A stretch of DNA of 64,000 nucleotides from Candidatus Brocadiaceae bacterium (lineage in GTDB: Bacteria; Planctomycetota; Brocadiia; SM23-32), in NCBI GenBank assembly GCA_963805825.1, contig CAWDVO010000022.1, positions 79,641 to 143,640 of the forward strand. Direction: 5' to 3'. The notes under the pieces are model-generated. The model ran no database searches and had not been told where the DNA came from. It saw nothing but the letters and a program-made list of their open reading frames with translations. Positions 18,228 through 26,977 of the stretch are shown piece by piece (positions within the stretch are counted from its first letter, which is position 1; every line of letters begins with the position of its first letter). The position numbers were made by a program, and so were the translations under genes.

Positions 18228-19640
18228 GGAGATACTCTTGAATGTTGTTGACGGAGGGAGGTGAGCGTATCTTTCGGGGAATGTCGCATTCGTTTCCCTG
18301 AGAGGCTCTCGCCAGAGGGCCAAGGAAGGATACGCTCGATGGGCAAGGATAGCGTGGTGGAGCTGCGAAAGCGAGTGGAAGCCGAGTCCAGGTCCACCCT
18401 GGACGAGACCCTGAGGCGGGGAGCCGAGCGCATGCTCCAGGTGGCGATCGAGGCGGAGGTGGCCGGCTATGTCGAGCGCCACGCCGCCCTGGTTGACGAC
18501 GAGACGGGCCGCCGCCTGGTGGTCCGAAACGGCCATCAGCGGGAGCGCACGATCCAGTCAAGCCTCGGCGAGGTACTGGTCACCAAGCCGCGCGTGCACG
18601 ACCGGCGTGAGGGCGAAGGGTTCACCAGCAGCATCCTGCCTCCCTACCTGCGTCGCACGCCGGCGCTGGAGGCGCTGATCCCCATCCTCTACCTGAAGGG
18701 CGTCTCGACCAACGACTTCCCCGAGGCGCTCTCGGCCATCCTGGGCCAGAATGCGGCCGGGCTCTCGGCCAGCACCGTGAGCCGCCTGAAAGACGTGTGG
18801 CAAAGGGAGCACGAGGAATGGGCGGGGCGCGACCTTACGGGCAAGCGCTACGTCTACTGGTGGGCGGACGGCGTCCACTTCAAGGTGCGCCTCACGGACG
18901 AGCGCCCGTGCCTGCTGGTCATCGTGGGCACGCTCGAAGACGGCACGAAGGAGCTGGTGGCCATTCAGGACGGGGAGCGGGAGAGCACTCTTTCCTGGCG
19001 GGAGCTCTTGAGGGAACTGAAGCGAAGGGGCATGGCCCAGGCCCCTGCCCTGTGCGTTGCGGACGGCGCCCTGGGCCTGTGGGCGGCGATGGCCGAGGAA
19101 CTGCCGGCGGTCAAGGAGCAGCGCTGCTGGGTGCACAAGACGGCCAACGTGCTCGACAAGATGCCGAAGAAGGTGCAGCCGGCCGCCAAACGCCTCATCC
19201 AGGAGATGTACATGTCGTCCACCAGGGCAGCCGCGCTGGAGGCTTACGAGGAGTTCCTGGCGCTCTACGAGGCGAAGCACCCGAACGCCTGCGCGTGTCT
19301 GAAGAAGGACAAGGACGTGCTCTTCACCTTCTACGACTTCCCGGCCGAGCACTGGAGACACTTGAGGACGACCAACCCGATCGAGAGCACCTTTGCCACC
19401 GTGCGGCACCGCAGCCGCCAGACGAAGGGATGCGGCTCGCGAGCGGCCACCTTGGCAATGGTTTTCAAGCCGGCGCGGGAGGCCGAGAAGACCTGGCGTA
19501 AGCTCAACGGCTACGAGCTGATCGCGAAGGTCATCCGGGGTGTGCGATTCGAGGACGGTGTGGAGGCGCGAGAGGCCGCGTAAACGGAGAGCCCGAAGGG
19601 TGCGCCAACACCTCCATCAACAACATTTGACAGTATCTCC
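18228..19640 (+). mobile_element. IS256-family insertion sequence, complete, with imperfect ~30-bp terminal inverted repeats and flanking direct repeat
   Basis: Left end GGAGATACTCTTGAATGTTGTTGACGGAGG (18228-18257). Right end CCTCCATCAACAACATTTGACAGTATCTCC (19611-19640), about 26/30 complementary. Flanked by direct repeat CTCCTTGAGCAGG (18217-18229 and 19637-19649), consistent with an 8-9 bp TSD partly overlapping the IR ends. Confidence 0.8.
18339..19583 (+). CDS. IS256-family (Mutator-like) transposase
   Basis: MGKDSVVELRKRVEAESRSTLDETLRRGAERMLQVAIEAEVAGYVERHAALVDDETGRRLVVRNGHQRERTIQSSLGEV...WWADGVHFKVR...LVAIQDG...CWVHKTANVL is characteristic IS256 transposase sequence, about 414 aa. The track ORF starts at 18261; the in-frame ATG at 18339 was chosen. 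Confidence 0.85.
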   Translation: MGKDSVVELRKRVEAESRSTLDETLRRGAERMLQVAIEAEVAGYVERHAALVDDETGRRLVVRNGHQRERTIQSSLGEVLVTKPRVHDRREGEGFTSSILPPYLRRTPALEALIPILYLKGVSTNDFPEALSAILGQNAAGLSASTVSRLKDVWQREHEEWAGRDLTGKRYVYWWADGVHFKVRLTDERPCLLVIVGTLEDGTKELVAIQDGERESTLSWRELLRELKRRGMAQAPALCVADGALGLWAAMAEELPAVKEQRCWVHKTANVLDKMPKKVQPAAKRLIQEMYMSSTRAAALEAYEEFLALYEAKHPNACACLKKDKDVLFTFYDFPAEHWRHLRTTNPIESTFATVRHRSRQTKGCGSRAATLAMVFKPAREAEKTWRKLNGYELIAKVIRGVRFEDGVEAREAA

Positions 19641-20626
19641 TTGAGCAGGGCCAGTGCCCGGTACAGGATCGGGTCTTCGCGAGGCAGTTCCAGAGGAGTG
19701 GTGGGGACGTGCACGTCAGGCTGTATCCCGCGCCCCTCGAAGCACGTCCCGTCCAGAAGCAGCGCCTGCCAGCAGGGCAACATGACGGTGACGCCGTTAC
19801 AGAGCGCGTAGGGCTGCGGGTTGCCAGAACTGCCGTATGAGGTCTCGCCCACGAGTACCAGCCGCGCACTCGCCTCATCATCAATAAGAAAGCCTCACTA
19901 CTGCTCCTGGTCGCCTGCCCCATGAGCACCGCGGTCTGGGCGCCGTAGTGCGGCCGGCCCCGTGTCGGCGCCAGCACTCTGTCCCATGGTGTGCTGAAGC
20001 CCGAACTGGCGCACGGGTCGCGTAGCTTGTGCCGCGCATAGACGACAGGCTCTCGCACAAAGCACCCAGCGAAGTGTTTGGCCACATCCTCCGAGCCGCC
20101 GCCATTGCTGCGCACGTCGACAACCAAGCCGCCCCCTTGCGAGAAGTTGTTGAGAGCCTCGAATGCGGGCTCCAACTCGAGGACTCTGTCCGCAGACCAA
20201 GTGCCTATCATGACGTACCCGATACCGTCTCCGAATCTGCCGACATAAACGCAAGGACTCGGGTGCGACCACTCGGCGGCGGCCCGCCTAAGAGTCTCAA
20301 GGTTGTAGTTGGGGACCACGTCCGGAGCGAAGCTCAGGAACGTCTCGCCGTCGACCTTCAGCGAGATGTGGGGGTCTCTGGCGTGCCCCAGGAGCAGGGC
20401 CGCCGCCCTCGCGAAGGCGTAGGGGGAATCAGCCCAAAGCAGGGACGCTGAATGCTCTTCGAAAAGACCGGCCCAGTCCAGGGAGTGAAGGCGATAGTAA
20501 GAGTATGAGTAATCAACTATGTCCTTCAGTTGGGCGGCGGCCGCCGTGTTGCGGGCACGACATCGGGCGATGTCGCGAAAGGAGGCAACCACTGCCCCGA
20601 TGCGGGTCCGGAGGTACCTGGCAGCA

Positions 20627-21058
20627 TCATTCATCCGAAATCCGGATCTGCCCCTCGAGGGATCTTACCAGATCTCGCCTAAACTCGGCGGCCGCCTTGC
20701 ACTTGCCGTGCCACAGCCAGTCGTGGAAGTGGAACTTCTCTGGACATTCCGGATTACTACACGCACGTACAGGGAAGTCCCGACAGACCTTGGGCCGCAC
20801 GTCATAGATTACGCAGAATGCCTTGCCATCGCGATGGTCCAGAAACGGGCACTCCTCTTTGCGCCACGGCTCATCCCCGTTGTCCGGATCGATCAGACGC
20901 CCACAGCACGGACAGATGTCCTTGAGCACGTCTTCCCTGCCGAGAGAGCGCCATCGTTCAATGTCGTCGCGGTGCACCATGTTGCGCAGCCATGCACCAC
21001 CTTTGCAGCACGACCCGCAGCGCTGGCATTTCCATGACAAGTCTGCCTTCGTTCTCAT
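20627..21058 (-). CDS. YkgJ-family CxxCxxCC (PF03692-like) zinc/iron-chelating cysteine-cluster protein
   Basis: 143 aa: MRTKADLSWKCQRCGSCCKGGAWL... with C-x2-C-x2-CC plus further Cys/His (CPCCGRL, CPF, CSNPEC). 8-nt overlap with the downstream S41 start; 24 nt after the B12-rSAM stop. Confidence 0.6.
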   Translation of the reverse strand: MRTKADLSWKCQRCGSCCKGGAWLRNMVHRDDIERWRSLGREDVLKDICPCCGRLIDPDNGDEPWRKEECPFLDHRDGKAFCVIYDVRPKVCRDFPVRACSNPECPEKFHFHDWLWHGKCKAAAEFRRDLVRSLEGQIRISDE

Positions 21059-21082
21059 TGCGGGGCGCTCCAGTGAGTTAGG

Positions 21083-22837
21083 TCACACCATGACAATGGC
21101 AGCTAAGTTGTCTTCACACTTCCTGTAGGTTCGCATGCACAGAGCTGCTGCCCGGTCGCGACCGCCAGGGTCACCGGCACTCAACCGGTCAGCGATCTGC
21201 TCGAAGGTAAGCTTCCCCGCGAAGTAGCGGTAGCACTCCCTTTCCTCCGCGGTGAGTTCGAACGCTTTCGGCGAACGCTCGTTGATGACAAAAGAGTCGT
21301 TCCAGGCGGAAAGGGTGTTCCCGTCAGCTCGCACGGGCGCGCACGCCATCAGACGTTCTGCCAACACTTCGGACAGAAAGCGATGGTCCTTGCGGCGCCT
21401 ACGTGTGACGATGTCCTCCACGTGGCGAAAGCGCCAGAGCTGCCTGACAATGAGGGACAACATCTGGCGTTCGGACGCAAGTACCACGAACTCCTTGAGT
21501 TCTGCAGCCGTTAGGAACGAGCATGCCTTGTCGAAGCTGTATCTCGATACCTCGTCCTTGAACAGGGTGACGAGCTGCTCGACCTGATCGCGCGACAGCT
21601 CGGAATTCCCCCCAAAGCAGTCCCTCGCAACAGTCCCCGTCACAAAGTCGTCATCCAGAAGCTCAAGGCCCCACGCTTCGGCGTTCTCCCTGAACTCTGT
21701 GCCGGGGAAAGGCGTAAGGGCCGAGACCTCAAGTTCAATCCGCCCGGGCGCCAAGTCCACAAGGCGCTTGGCGAACTCTATGTCACCGCGCACGTCTTCC
21801 TCCGTCTGCCCGGGTAAGCCGCATATAAAGGCCCCAAACACCGTAGGCACGGCAGCTTCGCTGCACTGGCTCACGACGGCCGTGATCTGCTCGACTCGCG
21901 TCTGCTTGTTCATCCGATCCAGCAGCGCCTGGCTGCCCGATTCGATGCCGATCTGCAGGCGCACAAGCCCTGACGCCTTCATCCGCCGGACTAGCTCAGG
22001 GTACTTCGCCAAGACGTTCACCCGGCCTTCGCAGTAGAACCCGAAGCGCGACTTGTCCGGGAACAGGCGGTCCATGATGTCGCAAACGGAATGGACCCGC
22101 TCGGGCGAGACAGTGAAAGTGTCATCGGCGAAGCTCAGATACAGCGCCCCCGCTGCATACCTGTTCTCGAAACGCCGCAGCTCGGCCTCGACCTGAGCCA
22201 TGCCAAGGGGCCGGTACCCGTGAGTCTTCCGGCCCTCACTGCAGAAGTGACAGGCATAGAGGCAGCCACGAGATGTCACTACGGAGGCCATATAGGGCGC
22301 GTCTTCGTCCAGCAATGAGTAATCCGGCAACGGAATGCACGCCACGTCTGAATATGGCCCGAAGTCCACCGGGGTCGACCGCGTCTTGCCATCCTGGACG
22401 TAAGTCAGGCCAGGTATCGCCGGCAAAGTGCCCTCGTCTTCGAGGAGATACCGGGCCAGCAGCAGCATGGGGTACTCTCCCTCCCCCCGCACCACGATGC
22501 GCCTTTCGGTGGCGTATGGCTCTGCCATGCAGGTCACGTGGGGGCCGCCCAGCACCACCGTGACTTGCGGGAACTCCGCCAAGACACTGTCACTCAAGCG
22601 CACGACACGGAAGATGTTGTCGCTGTCGCAGGTGAAACCCACGAGGCAGCGCTCTGTCCCGTCGACGGCTTGCTCGACATCAGGCCACGAGAGGTCATCG
22701 AGCTGTAGGTCGAACACAATTGTCGGAATGCCGTGGTCGCGCAGGACGCTACCGAGGTACAAGAGGCCAAGCGGTGGGCGTATGGCCCCACCACGACTAG
22801 GAAAGCGCACCGGCGCATTGACCAGTATTACCTGCAT
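21083..22837 (-). CDS. B12-binding (class B) radical SAM enzyme
   Basis: N-terminal cobalamin-binding-like domain (MQVILVNAP...GLLYLGSVLRDHGIPT...VVLGGPHVT) followed by radical SAM core CLYACHFC (C-x3-C-x2-C) and TIM-barrel motifs (LQIGIESGSQALLDRMNK). Start at internal ATG 22837 chosen to avoid a 78-bp overlap; the track start is 22924. Confidence 0.7.
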   Translation of the reverse strand: MQVILVNAPVRFPSRGGAIRPPLGLLYLGSVLRDHGIPTIVFDLQLDDLSWPDVEQAVDGTERCLVGFTCDSDNIFRVVRLSDSVLAEFPQVTVVLGGPHVTCMAEPYATERRIVVRGEGEYPMLLLARYLLEDEGTLPAIPGLTYVQDGKTRSTPVDFGPYSDVACIPLPDYSLLDEDAPYMASVVTSRGCLYACHFCSEGRKTHGYRPLGMAQVEAELRRFENRYAAGALYLSFADDTFTVSPERVHSVCDIMDRLFPDKSRFGFYCEGRVNVLAKYPELVRRMKASGLVRLQIGIESGSQALLDRMNKQTRVEQITAVVSQCSEAAVPTVFGAFICGLPGQTEEDVRGDIEFAKRLVDLAPGRIELEVSALTPFPGTEFRENAEAWGLELLDDDFVTGTVARDCFGGNSELSRDQVEQLVTLFKDEVSRYSFDKACSFLTAAELKEFVVLASERQMLSLIVRQLWRFRHVEDIVTRRRRKDHRFLSEVLAERLMACAPVRADGNTLSAWNDSFVINERSPKAFELTAEERECYRYFAGKLTFEQIADRLSAGDPGGRDRAAALCMRTYRKCEDNLAAIVMV

Positions 22838-22845
22838 AGACACGA

Positions 22846-24078
22846 TCAGTTCGCTTTCCGCATGACACGAACGGCCAGCAGCACTGAAAGCCCAACCACG
22901 ACGACTGCTGCGCCCAGTCCCCACGGCAGCCAGTTCCCGGCCGGCGCAACTGGGACAGCGGCAACCGGCGCAGCACGGGGTTCTCGGACTTCAGCCGGCC
23001 CGCCCTCGGGCGTGTGCGTGAAGGACTTCGCTGGCAGCGCCGCTGGGGCACCGGCACCGGCAGAGGAGCTAGCAACCTCCAGGAGCGCGCCAGGGCGTGG
23101 CTCCAGGACCGCGTCTGTCCTGTCTCTTGCCGCGGCCAGGAGTTGCTTTGCTGTGCCGGCCATGTGGTGGGTGGGGAACCGGGCCAAGTAGGTCTCGAAC
23201 CATCGCGCTGCCTCCGAGTATAGTCCCGCATGGAACGCCGTCTCCCCAAGCCGGTAATAGAGGGCCGCCAATGCCGGATCGACCCGGTTGTCGCGCAGTT
23301 CCGATTCGGCGACAACGTCAAACTCATACAGCCGCAAGCTGCCAGGCTCCTGCACGATCCCGGGTGTCTCCAGCGGGAAGAAGTAGGCGGCCCGACATAT
23401 CCAATCCCTGTTCCTATAGGACCGGATCAGCTGCCGCTCCCCTTCCATGAAGCCCGCTCGATCGCTCTTGTATTTCGTGAGGTAAACTTCGAGCAGTTGG
23501 CCCAGGAACAGCGATTGCTGCACTTGCCAGTCCTCCGTTCCGCCCTGCGATGCCTCTTCCAGCAAAGCGTTCCCCGCCGACAGAATGCTCAATGCCGTGC
23601 TGTCTGAACCAAGTCGGACTGCAGTCCGGGCATTTTGCAACAGCATGCGCCCCGCAGAACCGCACTCCTGCGACAGAGCAGTCCCCCCTCCCTCCACCAG
23701 GCCGGCAACGGTCTTGCTGCATTCAGCCAGTTCAGCAATGTGCTTCTGACGTAGCGCAGCCAAAGCGGCCCCGCTGGCTGCTGCCGTCTGGAGGTCACGG
23801 ACATGGTCGAGCTGCGCCGCCAGCTCCCCATACTGCAGCAATTTCAGATGCTGCACCGTCTCGTCCTGCGTTCCGCCGGTCGAAAGTTCGCCGATCTTCG
23901 TCATTTGGCGGGTAATGAGTTCTGCCGCCTCGCCAAGACGTCCGCCTGCGATCAGTTCGACAGACTGTCTCCGGGTCTGGAACATCTGCCCCACAAGCTC
24001 TCTCGCGGTCTCGGCGGATGCCGTTACGCAGAGCGACACGACTACCGCGATGGCTACAGGAATGCACCGCCGTTTCAT
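22846..24078 (-). CDS. membrane-anchored periplasmic protein with N-terminal signal peptide, TPR-like helical region and C-terminal TM anchor
   Basis: 410 aa. MKRRCIPVAIAVVVSLCVTASA signal. TPR-like YYRLGETAFHAGLYSEAARWFETYLARFP. C-terminal WLPWGLGAAVVVVGLSVLLAVRVMRKAN. Confidence 0.55.
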   Translation of the reverse strand: MKRRCIPVAIAVVVSLCVTASAETARELVGQMFQTRRQSVELIAGGRLGEAAELITRQMTKIGELSTGGTQDETVQHLKLLQYGELAAQLDHVRDLQTAAASGAALAALRQKHIAELAECSKTVAGLVEGGGTALSQECGSAGRMLLQNARTAVRLGSDSTALSILSAGNALLEEASQGGTEDWQVQQSLFLGQLLEVYLTKYKSDRAGFMEGERQLIRSYRNRDWICRAAYFFPLETPGIVQEPGSLRLYEFDVVAESELRDNRVDPALAALYYRLGETAFHAGLYSEAARWFETYLARFPTHHMAGTAKQLLAAARDRTDAVLEPRPGALLEVASSSAGAGAPAALPAKSFTHTPEGGPAEVREPRAAPVAAVPVAPAGNWLPWGLGAAVVVVGLSVLLAVRVMRKAN

Positions 24079-24094
24079 CTGTCACCTCCTCCTT

Positions 24095-25045
24095 CTACGC
24101 TGTGAAACAGACGGCAACTATCGCGCTCCCAATCACGCCTGTCGTCAGATTCGCGACCGTCGGGTCATCGTCCGCGCCGCAGCTATGAGTATAACACGAG
24201 TCGAAGTCAATGCCAAGTAAACAGCCGTCACTCGGACCGCATACGTTTGAAGTCCCACATGTGTTGCTTGCAGGCTTCCCGCACGTGTTCGTTGGCTCAC
24301 AGAAGTCCTTCTCGCAGTAATTCGTAACGTTGCAGGAATTCTTGAGTTCACACTCGTTGTCGTCCATGCAGACGTTCTCATCGTCGCATGAGTTCAGTCC
24401 CCAGCAGTGATCTCGAGTCGCGCAGGCATTAGCAGCTTCACAGTTGTCCGTGCCACCGCACAGATCATAGTCACACTGATCTGTCGAGGAACACGTGTCC
24501 GTTCCACTACAAGCGTTAGTGCCCGCGCAGATGTCTGACACGCAATTGTCATTGACCCAGCATGTATTGTAGCCCTTGCATCCGTCGCTGCTCTGGCAGT
24601 AATCGGTCGCGCAGTTGTTGCTGCTGCCTGTGCATGTGTCATATGCCTGGCAGTGATCGTCCTTCCCGCAGTCATTACGTCCCTGACAATAGTCACCGCT
24701 GGCACACGAGTCGTTCGTGTTGCACGTGTTCGTGACAGTGCAGGTGTTGCTCGTCGTACAATTATCCGTCGTCTCGCATGTGTTGTAAGTGCAGTTGTTT
24801 GTGCCGGAGCACACATTGGACGCGTTACATGTGTTCGTCGTACACGTCTTCGTTACCAAACACGTGTCAGAGCTGGTGCACGTGTTTGAGCCGCACGTAT
24901 AGGTTGGAGTACAGTTACAGTCTGCATCGGCTGCCCTCGGAGCCACGCCGCTGCCAACCAGCATGAGCCCTCCGACAGCCAGCGCCGTCTGCCCTACTGA
25001 GACGAGGAAACGCCGCCGACTACTCCGGTTCTCGTTCCGCTCCAT
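24095..25045 (-). CDS. Tat-signal cysteine-repeat protein: about 43 Cys arranged as about 40 consecutive C-x4/5 repeats rich in T/N/D/S; candidate substrate of the adjacent radical SAM/SPASM enzymes
   Basis: 316 aa. MERNENRSSRRRFLVSVGQTALAVGGLMLVGSGVAPRAADA is a twin-arginine signal. Then CNCTPTYTCGSNTCTSSDTCLVTKTCTTNTCNASNVCSGTNNCTYNTCETTDNCTTSNTC... continues for about 260 aa with Cys every 5-6 residues. About 18 C-x3-D and several C-x3-N motifs. Ends in a hydrophobic tail TVANLTTGVIGSAIVAVCFTA. Confidence 0.7.
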   Translation of the reverse strand: MERNENRSSRRRFLVSVGQTALAVGGLMLVGSGVAPRAADADCNCTPTYTCGSNTCTSSDTCLVTKTCTTNTCNASNVCSGTNNCTYNTCETTDNCTTSNTCTVTNTCNTNDSCASGDYCQGRNDCGKDDHCQAYDTCTGSSNNCATDYCQSSDGCKGYNTCWVNDNCVSDICAGTNACSGTDTCSSTDQCDYDLCGGTDNCEAANACATRDHCWGLNSCDDENVCMDDNECELKNSCNVTNYCEKDFCEPTNTCGKPASNTCGTSNVCGPSDGCLLGIDFDSCYTHSCGADDDPTVANLTTGVIGSAIVAVCFTA

Positions 25046-25125
25046 AAGTCACCTCCCTTTGGCATTTGGCTCAGCCTTGGCCGAGGCAGCGGTGCTGGCC
25101 GCGACCGATGCTGTTACTCAGTGGC

Positions 25126-26322
25126 TTACCATGTCCAGTGAAAGACCCAATCATGCAGCTGACTGTAGAAGGGGGGATCACTCTCACTTAGCCAGGCGAG
25201 ATGGCTCGCGATGGAAGCATGGACCACCCTCATCGCCTTACAATACCCAGAACCGGGGTCGAACAGGTCACCGTTGGTCTGCCAATTTGCTGCCGGGCAC
25301 CCACCGCCGCAGAACACTGCTGCCTCGCAGTTCGAGCAGTCTGACTTCAGGTCCTTGCGCACATCCACGGTCAGGAAGGCCCCCCGGCGATCGGGATGCC
25401 AGCCGCCGCCGGTATGGCCAATCAGCCATTCTTCTCTGGCTTCGATACCATTGAACCTATGGCATGGCCAGAGAAAGCCCTCGACGTCGACATGCAAGAG
25501 GCCCCGGCCCGCCCCGCAGGGCGCCGGCTGCATCGGCTGTCCATCACGCTGTACATACCTGTCCAGCCAGGTAAGCGAGTAGAACCTGCCTGCATTCTTC
25601 ATGCGTTCGGTGTGGATCCGCAGCACTTCCCGAGTTTGCTGAGCGAGCACCTCAAGTCGGTCAGCCGATTCCCACGCCGCAGAATGAGCAAGGTCGAACG
25701 CCACCTTCAGAAAGCCCTTGTCCAAGAAGTACGCGAAGCTCTCCGCCATCCGGTCCACCGTTTCCGGCACAACCGTGCTTCGAGCATGCGTTGTCCTCCA
25801 CGCCTTGAAGATACGCCGGAGGTTGCGCTCAACGGTCGCCGAGCTTCCCGTGCCGTCGGGATAGACGCGGGCGGCGTCCTGGACCTCTGGCACCCCGTCG
25901 ATCGACGAATGGATGCCTATATGCCAGAAGCGGAACAGCTCAAGATGCTCTTCAGTGAAGCGCGTCAGATTCGACGTGATGCCCACCGTCAGTTCTTTGT
26001 CGCGCTGACGACAGTAGTTGACGGCGAACGGCATCCAGTCTCGCAATGTGTCGAAGGCACACATCGGTTCGCCGCCCAACACCGAGATGTGCAGTTGTTC
26101 AGCGTCGCCCGAGTGCTTCACAAGCCATCGCACCATCTGCTTGGCGGTCTCCATGCTCATCCGGCGACGGAGCATGTCTCCCTTGAAGCAGTACGTGCAC
26201 CGAAGGGTGCATTCCTCCGTGAAGTCGACATCGAGCGACCTCACGGGCATCTCAAGAGGCGAGGGCCCTGTCTCCGGGAACGCTATGCGTTTCTTGAACA
26301 GAGTGCTCTCAAACGTTGGCAT
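25126..26322 (-). CDS. radical SAM / SPASM-domain enzyme (anSME/PapB/QhpD-like peptide-modifying family)
   Basis: 398 aa. CTLRCTYC (C-x3-C-x2-C) at residues about 38-45. C-terminal SPASM motifs CGAGRG...WPCHRF...CSNCEAAVFCGGGC...YCKAM. Confidence 0.75.
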   Translation of the reverse strand: MPTFESTLFKKRIAFPETGPSPLEMPVRSLDVDFTEECTLRCTYCFKGDMLRRRMSMETAKQMVRWLVKHSGDAEQLHISVLGGEPMCAFDTLRDWMPFAVNYCRQRDKELTVGITSNLTRFTEEHLELFRFWHIGIHSSIDGVPEVQDAARVYPDGTGSSATVERNLRRIFKAWRTTHARSTVVPETVDRMAESFAYFLDKGFLKVAFDLAHSAAWESADRLEVLAQQTREVLRIHTERMKNAGRFYSLTWLDRYVQRDGQPMQPAPCGAGRGLLHVDVEGFLWPCHRFNGIEAREEWLIGHTGGGWHPDRRGAFLTVDVRKDLKSDCSNCEAAVFCGGGCPAANWQTNGDLFDPGSGYCKAMRVVHASIASHLAWLSESDPPFYSQLHDWVFHWTW

Positions 26323-26977
26323 CTGCGTGCTCCATGGCAGCCGGCGACACGGCCATGTGTTCCAGGCGCACTTGCCCCTTGCTGCAGACCCAATGGCTGC
26401 GGGTGCCCGGCCGGGCTGTGGGCTCGTGCTGAGAGGTGAGGTCCGAGAGGAAGCCCTCCATAAGGGACTTCCGCATCTGGCATCTCAGCGCGAATGCACG
26501 GTCGTCGCTGGCAGCCGCAGGGCCGCCCCCAGCCAGCAGGTGGCATTCGCCGCCACAGAAGTAACGGAGCGCGCACTCCCCGCACTCAGTCCTCAGGGAT
26601 GGGGCCTGGTCTGCCGGTTCGAGCAGGGACCTCCAGCGCTCCTCTGACTGCGGTGCCAGTTGTGACGGTCTTCGGCGGCATTCCCATAAACAGCGCCCAA
26701 CGCGGCCGTCGCCATGCACGTAGACCGCCAGCCCGCACGCAGCCCGGCATCCGTGACAGTTCGGGTAAGCCCCGAGCCGCTTTCGCAGCAGTTGGTACAG
26801 TGTGTTCTGCGTCAGCGGAGGCCTGTCGCTGCCAACAACGTGGTCAAGTATCTGCTGGATCTGATCGGGCGCGGGCAATTGAAGCTCGGTACGCCGCTGC
26901 CGGTATCTCTGGCGTGCGAAGAGGTATGCTAAGAGAATAGAGGAAGCTCTCCCCCCACCTGTCCCAGAGCGTATCAA
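26309..26977 (-). CDS. Cys-rich protein with SPASM-like motifs but no recognisable radical SAM core
   Basis: 222 aa with NCHGCRAACGLAVYV...CLWEC...CGECALRYFCGGEC. Overlaps the 287-aa gene by 134 bp and the rSAM start by 14 bp. Could be a stand-alone accessory protein or the 3' half of a frameshifted gene. Confidence 0.4.
   Translation of the reverse strand: MIRSGTGGGRASSILLAYLFARQRYRQRRTELQLPAPDQIQQILDHVVGSDRPPLTQNTLYQLLRKRLGAYPNCHGCRAACGLAVYVHGDGRVGRCLWECRRRPSQLAPQSEERWRSLLEPADQAPSLRTECGECALRYFCGGECHLLAGGGPAAASDDRAFALRCQMRKSLMEGFLSDLTSQHEPTARPGTRSHWVCSKGQVRLEHMAVSPAAMEHADANV

Larger units (their letters stand above)
18175..20634 (-). pseudogene. S41-family C-terminal processing peptidase, disrupted twice: internal frameshift near 19885-19895 and IS256 insertion 13 codons before the stop
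   Basis: Frame A (20634 down to about 19890) carries LVVDVRSNGGGSEDVAKHFAG...VLMGQATRSSSEAFLLMM. The S41 continuation ...ARLVLVGETSYGSSGNPQPYALCNGVTVMLPCWQALLLDGTCFEGRGIQPDVHV...PILYRALALLKE is in another frame (ORF 19511..19852). The reading then runs into the IS256 right IR. The native C-terminus PTKPVEVAGRPDL* resumes immediately left of the IS (ORF 18175..18561 tail). Confidence 0.6.
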
